Source: a virus
DNA length: 41,383 bases
IMG/VR virus record: IMGVR_UViG_3300026549_000014
Coordinates: 1-41,383 of that record
Direction: 5' to 3' (one strand)
Position numbers and translations under genes: made by a program. Shown here one piece after another: positions 39,491 through 41,383 of this stretch (position 1 is its first letter; every line of letters begins with the position of its first letter). The notes under the pieces were generated by a model that was given only the letters and a program-made list of their open reading frames with translations, was not told the DNA's origin and did no database searches.

Positions 39491-40135
39491 ATGAGTCTGG
39501 AAGTAAATTACCTATTTACGGTCGATCTGGCGCGGCCATCAAAATCGAACACGCTGCTCATCAGCAAGGGAGATACCGGGACCAGAGTGCTTACCTTTGT
39601 CCTGCTGGAGAACGGCAAGGAATTCGACATGTCCGGTGCGAACTCCGCATACCTGTCCGCAAAGACTGCAGCCGGAGCCACGATCGTTGACTCCCAGAAC
39701 TGTGAAATCCTCACCACCAAAAACAAGGACGGCGAGACGGTAAACGATAACAAGATCCGCTATACGATCCCCTACCAGATCTCCAATAGCGCGGGACGCT
39801 CCACCATGGACATTACGATCATGGGAGACGGCAAGCGGATCACCTCGTTTGAGTTCTACGTGGATACCAGGTCGGAGCTGTACGACACAGATACCTACTC
39901 TGACACGGACGATATTTCTGGGTTCCGGGATCTGCTCAACCGGGCATTGACTGCCGTTCAGAAGATTGAGGTGATGACGCAGGCATCCACGCTGCCTTGC
40001 CCTTACCCAATGAGGGTCACAGTCGCCGGGGATACCTACGAGTATAACGGAAGCAGTACTGTCGAGGTATCGTTTGGTAAGCTCCCGATCATCGGACCGC
40101 ACGCAGTAGACTGCACAGCACTGAACGTCTACTAA
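39491..40135 (+). CDS. BppU-like (baseplate upper protein N-terminal domain-like) tail protein
   Basis: ISKGDTGTRVLTFVLLENGKEFDMSGANSAYLSAKTAAGATI matches the D-x-x-x-R-x-L-x-F-x-L..G..x-D-L-x-G pattern of BppU_N. Confidence 0.6.
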   Translation: MSLEVNYLFTVDLARPSKSNTLLISKGDTGTRVLTFVLLENGKEFDMSGANSAYLSAKTAAGATIVDSQNCEILTTKNKDGETVNDNKIRYTIPYQISNSAGRSTMDITIMGDGKRITSFEFYVDTRSELYDTDTYSDTDDISGFRDLLNRALTAVQKIEVMTQASTLPCPYPMRVTVAGDTYEYNGSSTVEVSFGKLPIIGPHAVDCTALNVY

Positions 40136-40144
40136 GGAGGAGTT

Positions 40145-41014
40145 ATGGCACAGAATAGTAAGGGCGCATACCTGAACGTACTACAGGATGCAGACGGCAA
40201 AGACGTCTACCCGATCACTCGGGCAGATGGCGTATATATGAATGACGGCACTACAGCTCAGGCTAAGTGTAAAGCGCTGGATTCCAAGATCGACAGCACA
40301 AAGTCCACGCTTGAACAAAATTTTCAGGCTGGTGTTGACGGCATCTATAATGCCATTACTGCCCAGGGGACAACACCGGCCAGTAAGTCCCAGGGCGATG
40401 TAAAAAACGCCATCAAAACTCTAGCTGACGCAAAGTATGCAGCAGGCAATTCTGCTGGTGTCGCATCCGTAACTGTTTCCGCCTCCGCATCCGGACGGAC
40501 AGTTACCGCTAAAGCCAGCAACGGTAAAACTACATCGGCAAGTGTAGCTCTTGCAGGGAGCAACGGGACGGTGTCGGTATCTACTGCCGGAGGCTCTGGA
40601 AATCAGAGTTTTGACATTACGGATGGCTGGTGCACAAGCGTTAATGTAGACCGAACAGGTGCATATAACCAAGGCGTAAAGGATGCTGATAACAGGGTCA
40701 ACTCTTCCAGCGCCAACTATAAGGGCGGATATAACGCGGGCTATAGTGCGGGTCTAGCCGCGGGGAGAGCTGAGAAAAAGACTATTGTTATACAGCTTAC
40801 AGGTGACAAAACAGCTTACGGAGACTTGCCCGGAGGAACGATAAATCTACAGTCCAATGTTGATTGGACTGTTTCTTCTGAGGGCAACGGTATCGGCTTA
40901 GGAAACAGCAGAGGCACCGTTTATGCACAGGTTAATAAAGGGCAGTCACGTTCATCTTCTGGCCCTGTATGGATAAACATGGGCGCATGGGGAACGCTGA
41001 CGATCAAGGCATAA
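40145..41014 (+). CDS. Tail fibre/spike protein
   Basis: N-terminal DGKDVYPITRADGVYMNDGTT is typical of fibre N-termini. A/S/G-rich beta region. Last structural gene before the lysis genes. Confidence 0.65.
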   Translation: MAQNSKGAYLNVLQDADGKDVYPITRADGVYMNDGTTAQAKCKALDSKIDSTKSTLEQNFQAGVDGIYNAITAQGTTPASKSQGDVKNAIKTLADAKYAAGNSAGVASVTVSASASGRTVTAKASNGKTTSASVALAGSNGTVSVSTAGGSGNQSFDITDGWCTSVNVDRTGAYNQGVKDADNRVNSSSANYKGGYNAGYSAGLAAGRAEKKTIVIQLTGDKTAYGDLPGGTINLQSNVDWTVSSEGNGIGLGNSRGTVYAQVNKGQSRSSSGPVWINMGAWGTLTIKA

Positions 41015-41048
41015 ATTACGTAAAAATCTAAATAATGAGGATAAAAAC

Positions 41049-41383
41049 ATGGTAGTAGTAGACCCTAGCACATGGATATCACTGGCTGCAGTGACAATCA
41101 GCCTTGTCTTTGGCGTACTCAACGCCGGGCACGCAAGCCAGACGGATGTAAAAGAGCAGCTTGAGGATGCAAGACGCGACGCGGCGCAGCAGGCCCGGAT
41201 CGAGACGAGCTTGTCGACGATCCGGCAGGACACCGGAGACATCAAGTCGGACCTGAGAGGGCTCAAGTCGGACATGCAGGACATCACGACGCGGCTGGTC
41301 AAAGTTGAGCAGAGCGTGAGCTCCGCGCACAAGAGGATCGATGAGATCGTAAAAAGAGAGGGAATGGAAAATGATCAACTGGA
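41049..41383 (+). CDS. Lysis-cassette membrane-anchored coiled-coil protein (5' part; continues through the end overlap to stop at 144-146; 117 aa in total)
   Basis: RBS GAGGA. N-terminal TM helix WISLAAVTISLVFGVL followed by a charged coiled coil (IKSDLRGLKSDMQDITTRLVKVEQSV). Overlaps the holin start. Confidence 0.7.
   Translation, partial: MVVVDPSTWISLAAVTISLVFGVLNAGHASQTDVKEQLEDARRDAAQQARIETSLSTIRQDTGDIKSDLRGLKSDMQDITTRLVKVEQSVSSAHKRIDEIVKREGMENDQL

Noticed and set aside
41049-41383. Naming the wrap-around lysis gene XhlA
   Set aside because: The coiled-coil segment is XhlA-like in flavour. However, the TM helix is N-terminal here, whereas the XhlA I remember has a C-terminal TM. It is kept as a generic membrane coiled-coil protein.
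1-41383. Search for tRNA, rRNA, integrase/recombinase, additional DGR variable regions and toxin-like genes
   Set aside because: By eye I found no cloverleaf-like or rRNA-like segments and no R..HxxR..Y or serine-recombinase-like ORF. I also found no second copy of the TR core (GGTTCGAACCTCGGCCTTGCG). A computational scan is still needed to exclude them.

Overview
This window is a complete dsDNA phage genome. Bases 1-127 are repeated exactly at 41257-41383, so the unique circle is 41,256 bp. It is moderately GC-rich by eye and carries Bacillota-style lysis genes. Almost all genes are on the + strand and tightly packed, often with ATGA start/stop overlaps.

Gene order:
- Lysis cassette: membrane coiled-coil protein wrapping the window ends, holin, CHAP+SH3 endolysin.
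- A five-gene accessory cluster of unknown function (1.3-3.5 kb).
- A divergent promoter/operator switch with a tiny leftward ORF and a Cro-like gene, but no integrase anywhere.
- Early, recombination and replication genes: AntA-like, Gp157-like, ERF, NinB-like, PD-(D/E)XK resolvase, a replication organizer containing an iteron array, a G39P-like loader, SSB, MazG-like.
- An AT-rich mosaic of mini-genes joined by a reiterated junction sequence (10.7-12.4 kb).
- A minus-strand three-gene cassette: two hyper-acidic small proteins plus a ribbon-helix-helix protein (14.5-15.2 kb).
- terS, terL, portal, Prp-like protease, scaffold, major capsid.
- Adaptor, tail and fibre genes.
- A diversity-generating retroelement (DGR): a VR at the 3' end of a 515-aa fibre-module protein, a TR 73 nt downstream, then a reverse transcriptase.
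- A 506-aa S/N/Q-rich protein, a 2912-aa giant protein, a BppU-like protein and a distal fibre protein.

I saw no tRNA, rRNA or CRISPR array. All functional names rest on my reading of the translated ORFs and motifs; no database search was possible.
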